Shown in pieces: positions 49,902 to 58,487 of a DNA stretch of 64,000 bases. Made by a program: the position numbers and the translations under genes. The stretch is from contig JAVZPM010000004.1 of NCBI GenBank assembly GCA_038881595.1, positions 13,567 through 77,566 of the forward strand, given 5' to 3'. Numbering within the stretch: the stretch's first letter is position 1; each line of letters begins with the position of its first letter. Under the pieces are notes generated by a model. It searched no databases, had not been told where the DNA came from, and saw nothing but the letters and a program-made list of their open reading frames with translations. This stretch comes from Candidatus Micrarchaeia archaeon. Lineage in GTDB: Archaea > Micrarchaeota > Micrarchaeia > CABMEP01.

Positions 49902-51206
49902 ATGTTAGATATCAAGCTAATAAGAAAGAATCCTGAAATTGTAAAAGCAGATCTTGAAAAAAGACAAGATCTAGAAAAGATCCAGTGGCTTGAAGACTTA
50001 ATACAAAAGGATAAAGAATACAGAGAATTACTTGCAGAGGTTGAAAAACTGAGATCCGAAAGAAACCAAATAACAAGACAGATTGCAGACGCAATGAAAA
50101 AAGGAGACAAGGCAAAAGCTGAGGAATATAAGAAAAAAGCATCTGAAATTCCTGAAAAAATAAAGCAAGCAGAAGCAAAAATGGAAGAGCTGCAAGAAAA
50201 GGTGCGTTTCTATTTAATGCGCCTTCCAAATATATTACATGAATCTGTTCCTTTTGGAAAAGATGAAAATGATAATCAAGTCGTAAGAACATGGGGCAAG
50301 CCAAAAACAAAAGAAGACTATGGATTTGAATTGAAAAGCCATGTTGATTTATTGCCAATTATAGATGGAGCGAATATAGAAAAAGCTGCAGATGTTTCAG
50401 GAGCTAGATTTTATTATCTAAAGAATGACCTTGTTCTCTTAGATATGGCATTACAAAGAATGGCAATGGAACTTATGGTTAAAAAGGGATTTATTCCAAT
50501 TTATCCACCTTTCATGCTTAAGAGAAAACCTTATGAAGGAGTAACTGACCTTGGCACTTTCGAGGAAGCACTTTATAAGATAGAAGGAGAAGACCTTTAT
50601 CTCATTTCTACTTCTGAACATCCGATAGCAGCAATGCATATGGGTGAAATAATTGAAGAAGAAAGGTTGCCGCTTAAGTATGTTGGAATAAGTGCATGCT
50701 TTAGAAAGGAAGCAGGGGCACATGGAAAAGACACAAAAGGAATATTTAGGGTACATCAGTTCAACAAGATAGAACAGTTTGTTTTTTGCAAACCTGAGGA
50801 TTCTTGGAAGATTCATGAAGAATTAATAAGAAATGCTGAAGAGATCTTCCAGAAGATTGAAGTTCCTTACAGAATAGTCAATATATGTACAGGTGAAATT
50901 GGAATTGTAGCTGCAAAGAAATATGATCTTGAGGCATGGATGCCTGCACAGAATACATACAGAGAAATGATCTCATGCAGCAACTGTACTTCTTATCAAG
51001 CAATAAGATTGAATATTAGATATGGAAAGGTTGGAGCTGAAGGAAAAGAATATGTTCATACTCTAAATAGTACTGCAATTGCAACACCAAGGGCAATAGT
51101 TGCAATAATGGAAAACCACCAAGATAGAGATGGTTCGATAATTATTCCAAAGGCAGTTGTTCCTTATTTTGGAAAGGAAAGAATCGAACCTGTAAAGAGA
51201 ATTTAG
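49902..51206 (+). CDS. serS: Serine--tRNA ligase (bacterial-like type)
   Basis: MLDIKLIR, N-terminal coiled coil, TSEHP, FRKEAG..GIFRVHQFNKIE, SCSNCT, HTLNST. Confidence 0.97.
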   Translation: MLDIKLIRKNPEIVKADLEKRQDLEKIQWLEDLIQKDKEYRELLAEVEKLRSERNQITRQIADAMKKGDKAKAEEYKKKASEIPEKIKQAEAKMEELQEKVRFYLMRLPNILHESVPFGKDENDNQVVRTWGKPKTKEDYGFELKSHVDLLPIIDGANIEKAADVSGARFYYLKNDLVLLDMALQRMAMELMVKKGFIPIYPPFMLKRKPYEGVTDLGTFEEALYKIEGEDLYLISTSEHPIAAMHMGEIIEEERLPLKYVGISACFRKEAGAHGKDTKGIFRVHQFNKIEQFVFCKPEDSWKIHEELIRNAEEIFQKIEVPYRIVNICTGEIGIVAAKKYDLEAWMPAQNTYREMISCSNCTSYQAIRLNIRYGKVGAEGKEYVHTLNSTAIATPRAIVAIMENHQDRDGSIIIPKAVVPYFGKERIEPVKRI

Positions 51207-51213
51207 AAACTCA

Positions 51214-51250
51214 CTACACCTACCAGAATAAAGAATAGGTGTAGCTTTTT
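51214..51250 (+). terminator. Hairpin plus U-tract after serS
   Basis: CTACACCTA (51214-22) pairs with TAGGTGTAG (51236-44), followed by CTTTTT. Confidence 0.55.
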
Positions 51251-51315
51251 ATTTCTTTATTGATTAATTAAAATATATTTTACAACAAAATAAATTAAGA
51301 TGAACATGTGATAAA

Positions 51316-52524
51316 ATGGCCGCTGATAAGAAAAAAAGAGAATTAATGAAACTGCTAAACAAGCTTGGAAAGATAAGAGGTACTGGAACAGAGCTGATAA
51401 GTTTATATGTCCCAGCTGGGTATCCATTAACTGAAGTAGTGAATAAACTAAGATCCGAACATGGACAGGCTGGAAACATTAAATCGAAAACAACGAGAAC
51501 AAACGTTCAGGATGCAATCGACAAGATAATCAATTATCTTAAGTTTTTTAAGAAAACTCCGGACAAAGGATTGGCAATATTCTGTGGGAATATATCAAAG
51601 GATCCAGGGAAGACAGATATACAGCTCTTTTCTATTGAGCCGCCCCTCCCTATTCAGGTGAGTATTTACAGATGCGATTCAGAATTTGTTTTAGAACCAC
51701 TTGCAGAACAGGGCAAAGTTAAGGAAAAATATGGATTGGTTACAATAGATGGAAAGGAAGCGACAATTGGAGTGCTTGAAGGAAATGTTACAAAGATATT
51801 AAAACGTCTTACTACAACCGGACCTAGCAAATCGACGAAGGGGGGGTCCAGTGCGGCTAGGTATCAACGTTTTGTAGAAGAGCTTGTAGAAGATTATTAT
51901 AGACGGGTCGGAGATGCAATGAATGAAACTCTTCTACCTTCTGGAATAAAGAAAGTGATAGTGGGTGGGCCCGGACCTGTAAAAGAAAACTTTTTGAAGA
52001 TGAAGCCGTTCAATTATCAGTTTCAGATCTTAGCTGTTCTCGATACTGGTTACGTTGATGATTATGGAATTCAAGAGCTTGCACGCAAAGCAGTTGATTT
52101 GATTTCTGAAGAGAAGGCAAAGAAGCAAAGGCAGCTTCTTGAAAAATTCTTTTCTGAAGTTGCAAAGGGCGGCTTAGCTGTTTATGGGCCTAAAGAAACA
52201 ATAGAAGCAATGAACTCTGGTAAGTTAGGAACTTTGTTACTTTCAGAAGGATTGAATATCACTCGTCTTATAGTAGAATGCGATTCAGGACAAGAAGAAT
52301 TATTTATAGATGGTGAAATAGAAGAAAAAGAAGAAAAGGAACTCAGATGCAGCGATGGAAGCAAGATTAAGAATATAGTAAGCAAGGAAGAGTTATTTGA
52401 TGAAGCTTATGAAAAAGCAGAGAAACACGGAATAGAAGTGGAATTAATTCCTGAAGACAGTCCGGAAGGAAAGCAGTTTTTAGCAGGATTCAAAGGAATA
52501 GGTGGATTGCTTAGATACAAATAG
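51316..52524 (+). CDS. prf1: Peptide chain release factor aRF1 (GGQ motif reads GGS)
   Basis: GTELISLY, NIKS, YRCDSEF, GGPG, FKGIGGLLRY; catalytic loop is KGGSSAARY. Confidence 0.93.
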   Translation: MAADKKKRELMKLLNKLGKIRGTGTELISLYVPAGYPLTEVVNKLRSEHGQAGNIKSKTTRTNVQDAIDKIINYLKFFKKTPDKGLAIFCGNISKDPGKTDIQLFSIEPPLPIQVSIYRCDSEFVLEPLAEQGKVKEKYGLVTIDGKEATIGVLEGNVTKILKRLTTTGPSKSTKGGSSAARYQRFVEELVEDYYRRVGDAMNETLLPSGIKKVIVGGPGPVKENFLKMKPFNYQFQILAVLDTGYVDDYGIQELARKAVDLISEEKAKKQRQLLEKFFSEVAKGGLAVYGPKETIEAMNSGKLGTLLLSEGLNITRLIVECDSGQEELFIDGEIEEKEEKELRCSDGSKIKNIVSKEELFDEAYEKAEKHGIEVELIPEDSPEGKQFLAGFKGIGGLLRYK

Positions 52525-52572
52525 AATCGCAACAAAATAAAAAACTCTTTTTCTATGCATTAATTTAGTTGT

Positions 52573-53214
52573 TTATTGTTCAGTGATTGTAGGTACTGTT
52601 TCTGAAGTTCTGAAAGAACATTCTTCAACAAAGTCTTCGTTCACGAACAAATAGGCTGCATGTGTTTCATAAATTGAATAAAGTGGACCATAATTGATTT
52701 CGAATGTCACATAAAGTGGATTCTTTTGCATTTCTCTTATCTTCTTAATGCATTCATTAGTATTTGTAGCTGTGGATTCATGAGAGAGTTCGTTGTTTAT
52801 TAATCTGGGACTGCTATATGTACATTCCTCTCCATCTATTACAAAAGTGTATAGATTAGATATGTTCTTCCCGATCTTGCCCCAGCTTCCTGCAAGACCT
52901 GCTCCACATGCATAAATATATTTTGCTTTGTCACTTGAAAGACCTGTAACCTTATCTATTATTATGATTCCTTCTGCATTGAGTAAGGATTCCTTAAATT
53001 GCTCTATGTTTCCTCTCACTTTGTTTTTTGTTTCTGTGTTTACTTGCTGAGGCGGTGTCTGAAGTATCCAGAAAAGAACAATGAATATAACAAGCAATGC
53101 AAACCCAAGAAAAAGAAGATCTTTCCTTCTTCTTTCAGAAAAGTTTCTTTTTTCTTTACCTTGTTCCTTATCTTTATGATCTTCATTTACTTTTCCTAAT
53201 CTTTTAATTGCCAT
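52573..53214 (-). CDS. Single-pass membrane protein with a Cys-patterned extracellular domain
   Basis: TM segment LLFLGFALLVIFIVLFWIL; four spaced Cys. Confidence 0.65.
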   Translation of the reverse strand: MAIKRLGKVNEDHKDKEQGKEKRNFSERRRKDLLFLGFALLVIFIVLFWILQTPPQQVNTETKNKVRGNIEQFKESLLNAEGIIIIDKVTGLSSDKAKYIYACGAGLAGSWGKIGKNISNLYTFVIDGEECTYSSPRLINNELSHESTATNTNECIKKIREMQKNPLYVTFEINYGPLYSIYETHAAYLFVNEDFVEECSFRTSETVPTITEQ

Positions 53215-53235
53215 CTGACCACCATATAAAAAAAT

Positions 53236-55293
53236 TTATTCAATAAATTCTGCTATATTGCACTTTTCAAAATATGATTCTGTTCCCTGGATGATTCCTT
53301 CGGCTCTGTAAAAGGTATAGAATTTAGTCTGTGTTTCATTTGAATATGAAAGCTGAATCAATGGTATTTTATCTGTTTCTGCCATACACTCTGAAAGAAG
53401 TCTGTCCTTGCATATTCCATCTACTACATCTATTTGCTCTACTTCAATTCCCTTTCCATAAAACTGTGCTGCAATCTTGTCTGCACAGGATTTTATTGAA
53501 GTTGAATTGTGTTCTGAAAGATACTCAACAAAAAGATATACTTTTCCATTCTTTTCAGCTGCGGAAATGAAATTATAAATTGAAGTTGATGAAATCTCAT
53601 TACTTATTCCAATATATAGCGCATAAGACAATAATGCAAGCAAGATAATTACTGCTGCAAATATCAATATCCATGTGTTCATTATCTTTGCTTTTCCAAA
53701 TACAGAGGTGTTTCTTAAAACAAGGAAGAAAAATGCTAATCCAAATATAGCTAATACAATGATATCCATTCCTACAATAACTATTAAAGGTATATTTTGT
53801 GCCCATAGCCTTTTTTCTTCTTCCTTTATACCTAATGGTGCTGATGCAGCATCAAGAATTCCTACTGCCAAGCTATTGAGTGGAGAAGCAAGGGCAGAGG
53901 AAACTGTCTCTGTTGCTGTCTCTTTCTTTCTTTTAATTAGAGAATCAAGATCGTCTGCTAACTTTCCATATCGGTTTGCATAATTACTAATTTCTTCGTA
54001 TACAAGCTTTCCGCTTAGTTTTTTATTAAGGTTTAAGTATTCATTGTTGAGAGAGGTAAGTTCTGAATAGAATACTGTATCTGAAGGAGTTATTATAACT
54101 GATGCTTTTTCTAAGAGCTTGGCTACTCTTTCCTTGTTTACTGAAAGCTGGTCAAAAGCTGAATAAGTTGTTGACATATAGTTGTCCATTTCATCCAATT
54201 TAGTTTTTATCACACTAATTACATATCCTGCCTGGTCTATTTCATTTCTATTTAGGTTTGAATAGAATTGCTGATTTAGTGAATCAATATTTGAAATGTA
54301 ATCATTTAAATTTGAATCTTCAACTACCCCCAATATATTTGTAGCTTTGTCTAAAAGATAATTATATCTTGTTGAAATAGAATCAAATTCCTTCTGAAGG
54401 TTTGCCTTTGCCTTAGTGCTGGTATATAGTTCTATTCTTCGGAATGTTTCATTGTATATGGATTGAGCATTTGAATCAATGTTGTCAAAGCATGCTGCAT
54501 TTGATCTCAGTTGAGAAGCAATAGATGCTGCTGAAGATAGAGCTGAAGTGTTTAATGACATTGTATATCCAACAGGAATACAGAAATTGAAAGTAGGTCT
54601 TGTAAATAATTTATTGTTCACATAACTGGTAGCAAGATCCTGTAAAAGAAGAATCGAATCTGAAATCTCTTTTAATTTTGAAGAAAGTTGGAAATTAATC
54701 TGGGCAGGAGTTGAAATACTATCTAACTGATTAATGTTGCTCAATATCAAAGACAAATTTGAATCAATTCCACGCTTTATATTTGCATATTCTAATAATG
54801 TTGGTAAAAATTGAGCACTGCCTGCTCCATACTGGAAACAAGCATAAGAACCCTTATTGCATGCTATTTGACAGGAAACAAGATCAACGCATCCTCCTTC
54901 ATCTCCTTCTGCTTGACCAGTAATAGAATCGCAAAATTCTTCAAGGTTTCCAAGAGAAGTCTTAATGTTTCTACTTGCATTAAATGCAAGGACCTTTTCT
55001 TTTATTGACTCAAGATTGGACTTAGAAGGATAAGAAGTATCGAAACATTTTATTTTTAGTGCTTCTTTTATTTCATCTAAGGATTTAACAATTTGTCCGT
55101 TTTTCAACACCATAGAATCTTTCGAAGCTATAGTTACTATAGTATATATGTTAGAACCAGATGTAAAATTCTGTTGCACCACTGAAAGTGGTGATTCAGA
55201 AACAGATAAATAATCTTCTACATTTATTGAAAAATAAATTCCTGAGATTAATAAAATAAAAAATAATGCAAACTTGTTTTTTGTCGATTCCAT
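53236..55293 (-). CDS. Large membrane protein: signal peptide, Cys cluster, coiled coils, two TM helices, C-terminal Cys-patterned domain
   Basis: N-terminal hydrophobic signal, C..CVDLVSCQIAC cluster, helical middle, TMs near aa 500-565. Confidence 0.7.
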   Translation of the reverse strand: MESTKNKFALFFILLISGIYFSINVEDYLSVSESPLSVVQQNFTSGSNIYTIVTIASKDSMVLKNGQIVKSLDEIKEALKIKCFDTSYPSKSNLESIKEKVLAFNASRNIKTSLGNLEEFCDSITGQAEGDEGGCVDLVSCQIACNKGSYACFQYGAGSAQFLPTLLEYANIKRGIDSNLSLILSNINQLDSISTPAQINFQLSSKLKEISDSILLLQDLATSYVNNKLFTRPTFNFCIPVGYTMSLNTSALSSAASIASQLRSNAACFDNIDSNAQSIYNETFRRIELYTSTKAKANLQKEFDSISTRYNYLLDKATNILGVVEDSNLNDYISNIDSLNQQFYSNLNRNEIDQAGYVISVIKTKLDEMDNYMSTTYSAFDQLSVNKERVAKLLEKASVIITPSDTVFYSELTSLNNEYLNLNKKLSGKLVYEEISNYANRYGKLADDLDSLIKRKKETATETVSSALASPLNSLAVGILDAASAPLGIKEEEKRLWAQNIPLIVIVGMDIIVLAIFGLAFFFLVLRNTSVFGKAKIMNTWILIFAAVIILLALLSYALYIGISNEISSTSIYNFISAAEKNGKVYLFVEYLSEHNSTSIKSCADKIAAQFYGKGIEVEQIDVVDGICKDRLLSECMAETDKIPLIQLSYSNETQTKFYTFYRAEGIIQGTESYFEKCNIAEFIE

Positions 55294-55440
55294 TTATACA
55301 CCTACAATTCTAAATAATATAATAAAAAGAATTTATATGAAAATATATTTAAATATAACTATTTCAAAATTTCTATTTTCGAATGAAATTTAATAAATTT
55401 AGAAATAAAAAACGAACTAACATGACTTTTAACATATAAA

Positions 55441-55484
55441 AAGAAGAGAAAATAAAAAAGAAAAAAATTGGCGGATAAACCGCC
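55441..55484 (-). terminator. Hairpin plus U-tract after the S-layer gene
   Basis: GGCGG/CCGCC stem (55470-55484), followed on the minus strand by a long T-rich tract. Confidence 0.6.
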
Positions 55485-55509
55485 TATTCAACAGCTTATC
55501 TCACTGAAT

Positions 55510-57969
55510 TTATTGGACTTGTGCCAATAATTGTGAGATGAAATCTGCTGCTGCCTGTTGTGTGTCTTCTGCTGTGTAACCTGCAACAACTATTCTGTTG
55601 TCAGATACTGCAGAGACTACCTTTACTCCAGGCTTGTCAATCTTGACATCAGTGCCTGCTATTGCAGATGCTGTCAAGGTGTTGACGAGCTGACCACCGA
55701 CAAGGATCAATGACTCAGCTGTTGGTGCCTCAGAGTCAAGGACAACAAGTCTCTCAGTTGGGCTCATCTTGTATGGTACTGCAAATGTTGCAGATGTTGG
55801 TGTTCCTGCTACATCAAGAACTGCAGACATTCCTGCACTTGATGCTGTGCATGATGCAGAATCACCAGCTACAGTGCATGCTCCAACTGTTGCAGAGATC
55901 TCCTTAACCTTCACTGTTGATTCTTGAACAGTGACCTGCTCGCCTTCAGAAAATGTTCGTGTTAAAGTGCCTGCCTCAACAGAGCTTGTTGATGGCATTA
56001 TGAAGTATTGGAATTCACCAAATTTTCTTGCCATCTTGAAAGTTATTGAGGATGCTGATCTAGATGCAATCACAGATCCCTTCTGTGATACAAAGCCAGC
56101 TTCTCTGTTTGCTGGCAGAAGTTGTGCATCATTTCCTAAATATCCTACTACAACTTTTGACTCAGAGTTGTCACCCAAATTGTTTACAAATCTTCTGTTA
56201 GGTTGGTCTGCTACAAATTGGAAGTAGCCAGTTGCATTTGCATGGGTCTTGTCTTTTAGCAAGTATTCATTTACCCTTATTGTTGCATTTCTATCGTAGA
56301 GATTTGATATAGAAATTACTGAGTCATAGTTGGAGTCTTCATTAATCTTGTAGTTTATATTAAGATATGCACTGCTATTTGAAGAATTCATTTTTCCAGC
56401 TAAGACATATCCCTTATCTGGTTTGTCGTACAATACAAACCCATTCCTTATTCCATAACAGAAGTGACTTCTGTCGTCATCGAATTGAACTGCTGAAAGG
56501 TTACCACCAACAGGTCCAACTGAGAAAGCTCTTCTGTCTGATGTGAAACAGACAAAATCTCTTTCATCTGAATCAGATATTGGGTTTGTAGTTGTATCTG
56601 TTGGTGTGTTGTAGTAGCTAGAGATTCTCTTCCACTCTACTTTGAGAGTATCTCTATTTGCATCTGTTAATGTCCATCCTGCAAACTTGAATTGGAATGG
56701 TGCAGGTGATTCTATTATGTTAACTGCTTGGCCTTCTTTGATGTCATCAAAGTCAACTCTCTCAAAAGTTATATTCTTCAATATTGAGTTGAGTTTTTCA
56801 CCAGATCGGTTTGTCCAACCAAGTGTTACAGTCCAGTTCTTGTTCTTGTCGTCATCAACCTTTCCATTCTTTAATTCAATTTCTTGTGAGTAAACTGCCA
56901 TCTCTGCCCACTTTGCAGTTGTAAGACCTGGTGCAGTCTTGTATATGTGGAGTGAGATCTTGTCACCATTTGGCAATGTTATTTCCTTTGTTGTACCTGC
57001 ATCTACTGTATCTTCCTTTACAAGATTTCCATTTGCATCGTATATTTGTACGATTGCTTTAGAAGCTACATTTCCATAAGGTATAGTTAAGTCAGCAAGT
57101 TTAACTTTGTATGCACCTGCTGCAATCTCTTGACCTGCATAAACAATCTGTGCAGGTGTTGCTTCTTTTGCAATCTTTACAGATGTACCGTTTGTCATGT
57201 CAGAGATTATCCATTCCTCACCAAGGTATTTGATTTTTAATCTCTGTCTGTCAATCTTGTAGTCTTCTTCGCAAGTTGCATTTAATGCTAGTTGGCTTTC
57301 TTTTACGCACATTGGAATTCCACCGAATGTGTCATGATCGAACTTAATCACATATTTTATGCTATTTGGTCTTATATAATACTTCTGTGCATCTGCATCC
57401 CATGCTGGTGGGTTTGATGTTTGTTCAACATACATCTCTTGTGTCTCTGTGAATGAACCAGAAACAGATGAGATTGATGTCTTGTAGTCAGCAAGTGCTG
57501 CCATGTTTTCTCCAGTTATCTTCTTTGGAACTGAAGAATTTGCAACTTGATCGTCTTCTGTTGTTTGGACATTGTCTATGAAACCATATCCGTATGTCTT
57601 GAATCCGAAACCTCCTGCTACTGTTGCAGTTCCAGGTGTTGTGATCTCCAATGTAACCTTCTTGTCAGATACTGGACATGTTCCAGTGCCTGTTCCAGTT
57701 ACAGAACATGTTGGAGTTCCTGTTAACTGTGCAGAAACAGTCTGTGTCTTGTATGCTAAGCTACCAATGACAGCTGCGATGTTTGCTGCTGCAACACCAT
57801 CAGATGCCTTTGCATTTGCACCTACTACTACTTTAACTACTGGTTTACCCTGTTCATTTATTATCTGGGTATTCTTATACATAATTGGTGCTGCTGCTAC
57901 GAATGAAGCGCCTAAGAGAGCTGCTCCAAGAGTTACAGCCGCCAATTTCTTTGCGTTTATACTCTTCAC
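55510..57969 (-). CDS. S-layer protein (Methanococcales/Thermococcales-like N- and C-terminal domains)
   Basis: Signal peptide, VVVGANAKASDGVAAANIAAVIGSL, C-terminal LILVGGQLVNTLT..IVVAGYTAEDT, many N-x-S/T sequons, GAGGTGA RBS before GTG. Confidence 0.9.
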   Translation of the reverse strand: MKSINAKKLAAVTLGAALLGASFVAAAPIMYKNTQIINEQGKPVVKVVVGANAKASDGVAAANIAAVIGSLAYKTQTVSAQLTGTPTCSVTGTGTGTCPVSDKKVTLEITTPGTATVAGGFGFKTYGYGFIDNVQTTEDDQVANSSVPKKITGENMAALADYKTSISSVSGSFTETQEMYVEQTSNPPAWDADAQKYYIRPNSIKYVIKFDHDTFGGIPMCVKESQLALNATCEEDYKIDRQRLKIKYLGEEWIISDMTNGTSVKIAKEATPAQIVYAGQEIAAGAYKVKLADLTIPYGNVASKAIVQIYDANGNLVKEDTVDAGTTKEITLPNGDKISLHIYKTAPGLTTAKWAEMAVYSQEIELKNGKVDDDKNKNWTVTLGWTNRSGEKLNSILKNITFERVDFDDIKEGQAVNIIESPAPFQFKFAGWTLTDANRDTLKVEWKRISSYYNTPTDTTTNPISDSDERDFVCFTSDRRAFSVGPVGGNLSAVQFDDDRSHFCYGIRNGFVLYDKPDKGYVLAGKMNSSNSSAYLNINYKINEDSNYDSVISISNLYDRNATIRVNEYLLKDKTHANATGYFQFVADQPNRRFVNNLGDNSESKVVVGYLGNDAQLLPANREAGFVSQKGSVIASRSASSITFKMARKFGEFQYFIMPSTSSVEAGTLTRTFSEGEQVTVQESTVKVKEISATVGACTVAGDSASCTASSAGMSAVLDVAGTPTSATFAVPYKMSPTERLVVLDSEAPTAESLILVGGQLVNTLTASAIAGTDVKIDKPGVKVVSAVSDNRIVVAGYTAEDTQQAAADFISQLLAQVQ

Positions 57970-57993
57970 GATATCACCTCAATGTATATCGTC

Positions 57994-58058
57994 ATTTGCG
58001 CGTGCCTTGCGGCATTTATATGCGCAAATTACTTAGACCCTTGAATAAGGATCTAACC
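57994..58058 (-). promoter_or_regulatory. Structured 5' UTR of the S-layer gene (two hairpins)
   Basis: UUAGAUCCUU-AUUC-AAGGGUCUAA and AUUUGCGC..UGCC-GCAA-GGCA..GCGCAAAU; TTTAAATA TATA-like box near 58074-58081. Confidence 0.65.
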
Positions 58059-58487
58059 TTACTTTATTTAAAGTATTTAAAAACCTTTGCTTTTTTTATT
58101 AACTTTTGTTAATATATGACCTATGTTGTATAGTCAATTAACGTAAAACCTTATCGTTCATGGACGTATTTTCCCAGAATGAAATATGTTGCATCTTTCT
58201 TTCTCTTCTGTAAATGAAAATGTATTAGAATGAAAATACCTAGAGGGAACATATAAAACACATGCAATATAAAATATATCATCAATATGGAATATACAAT
58301 CGAAATATAGACATAATTTGGTTACACAGGATGTTATTATAGTAGTTACATGTGTAGTTTGTTACATATGGAGTTTATTAGATTAATTAATTAGATTATT
58401 TAACTATAATTAGATTATATGACTTGTGCCATTTTGTTATGTTTCTTACCGGTCCGCTAATGTCATCTTATATCTTTATCCTATTCG

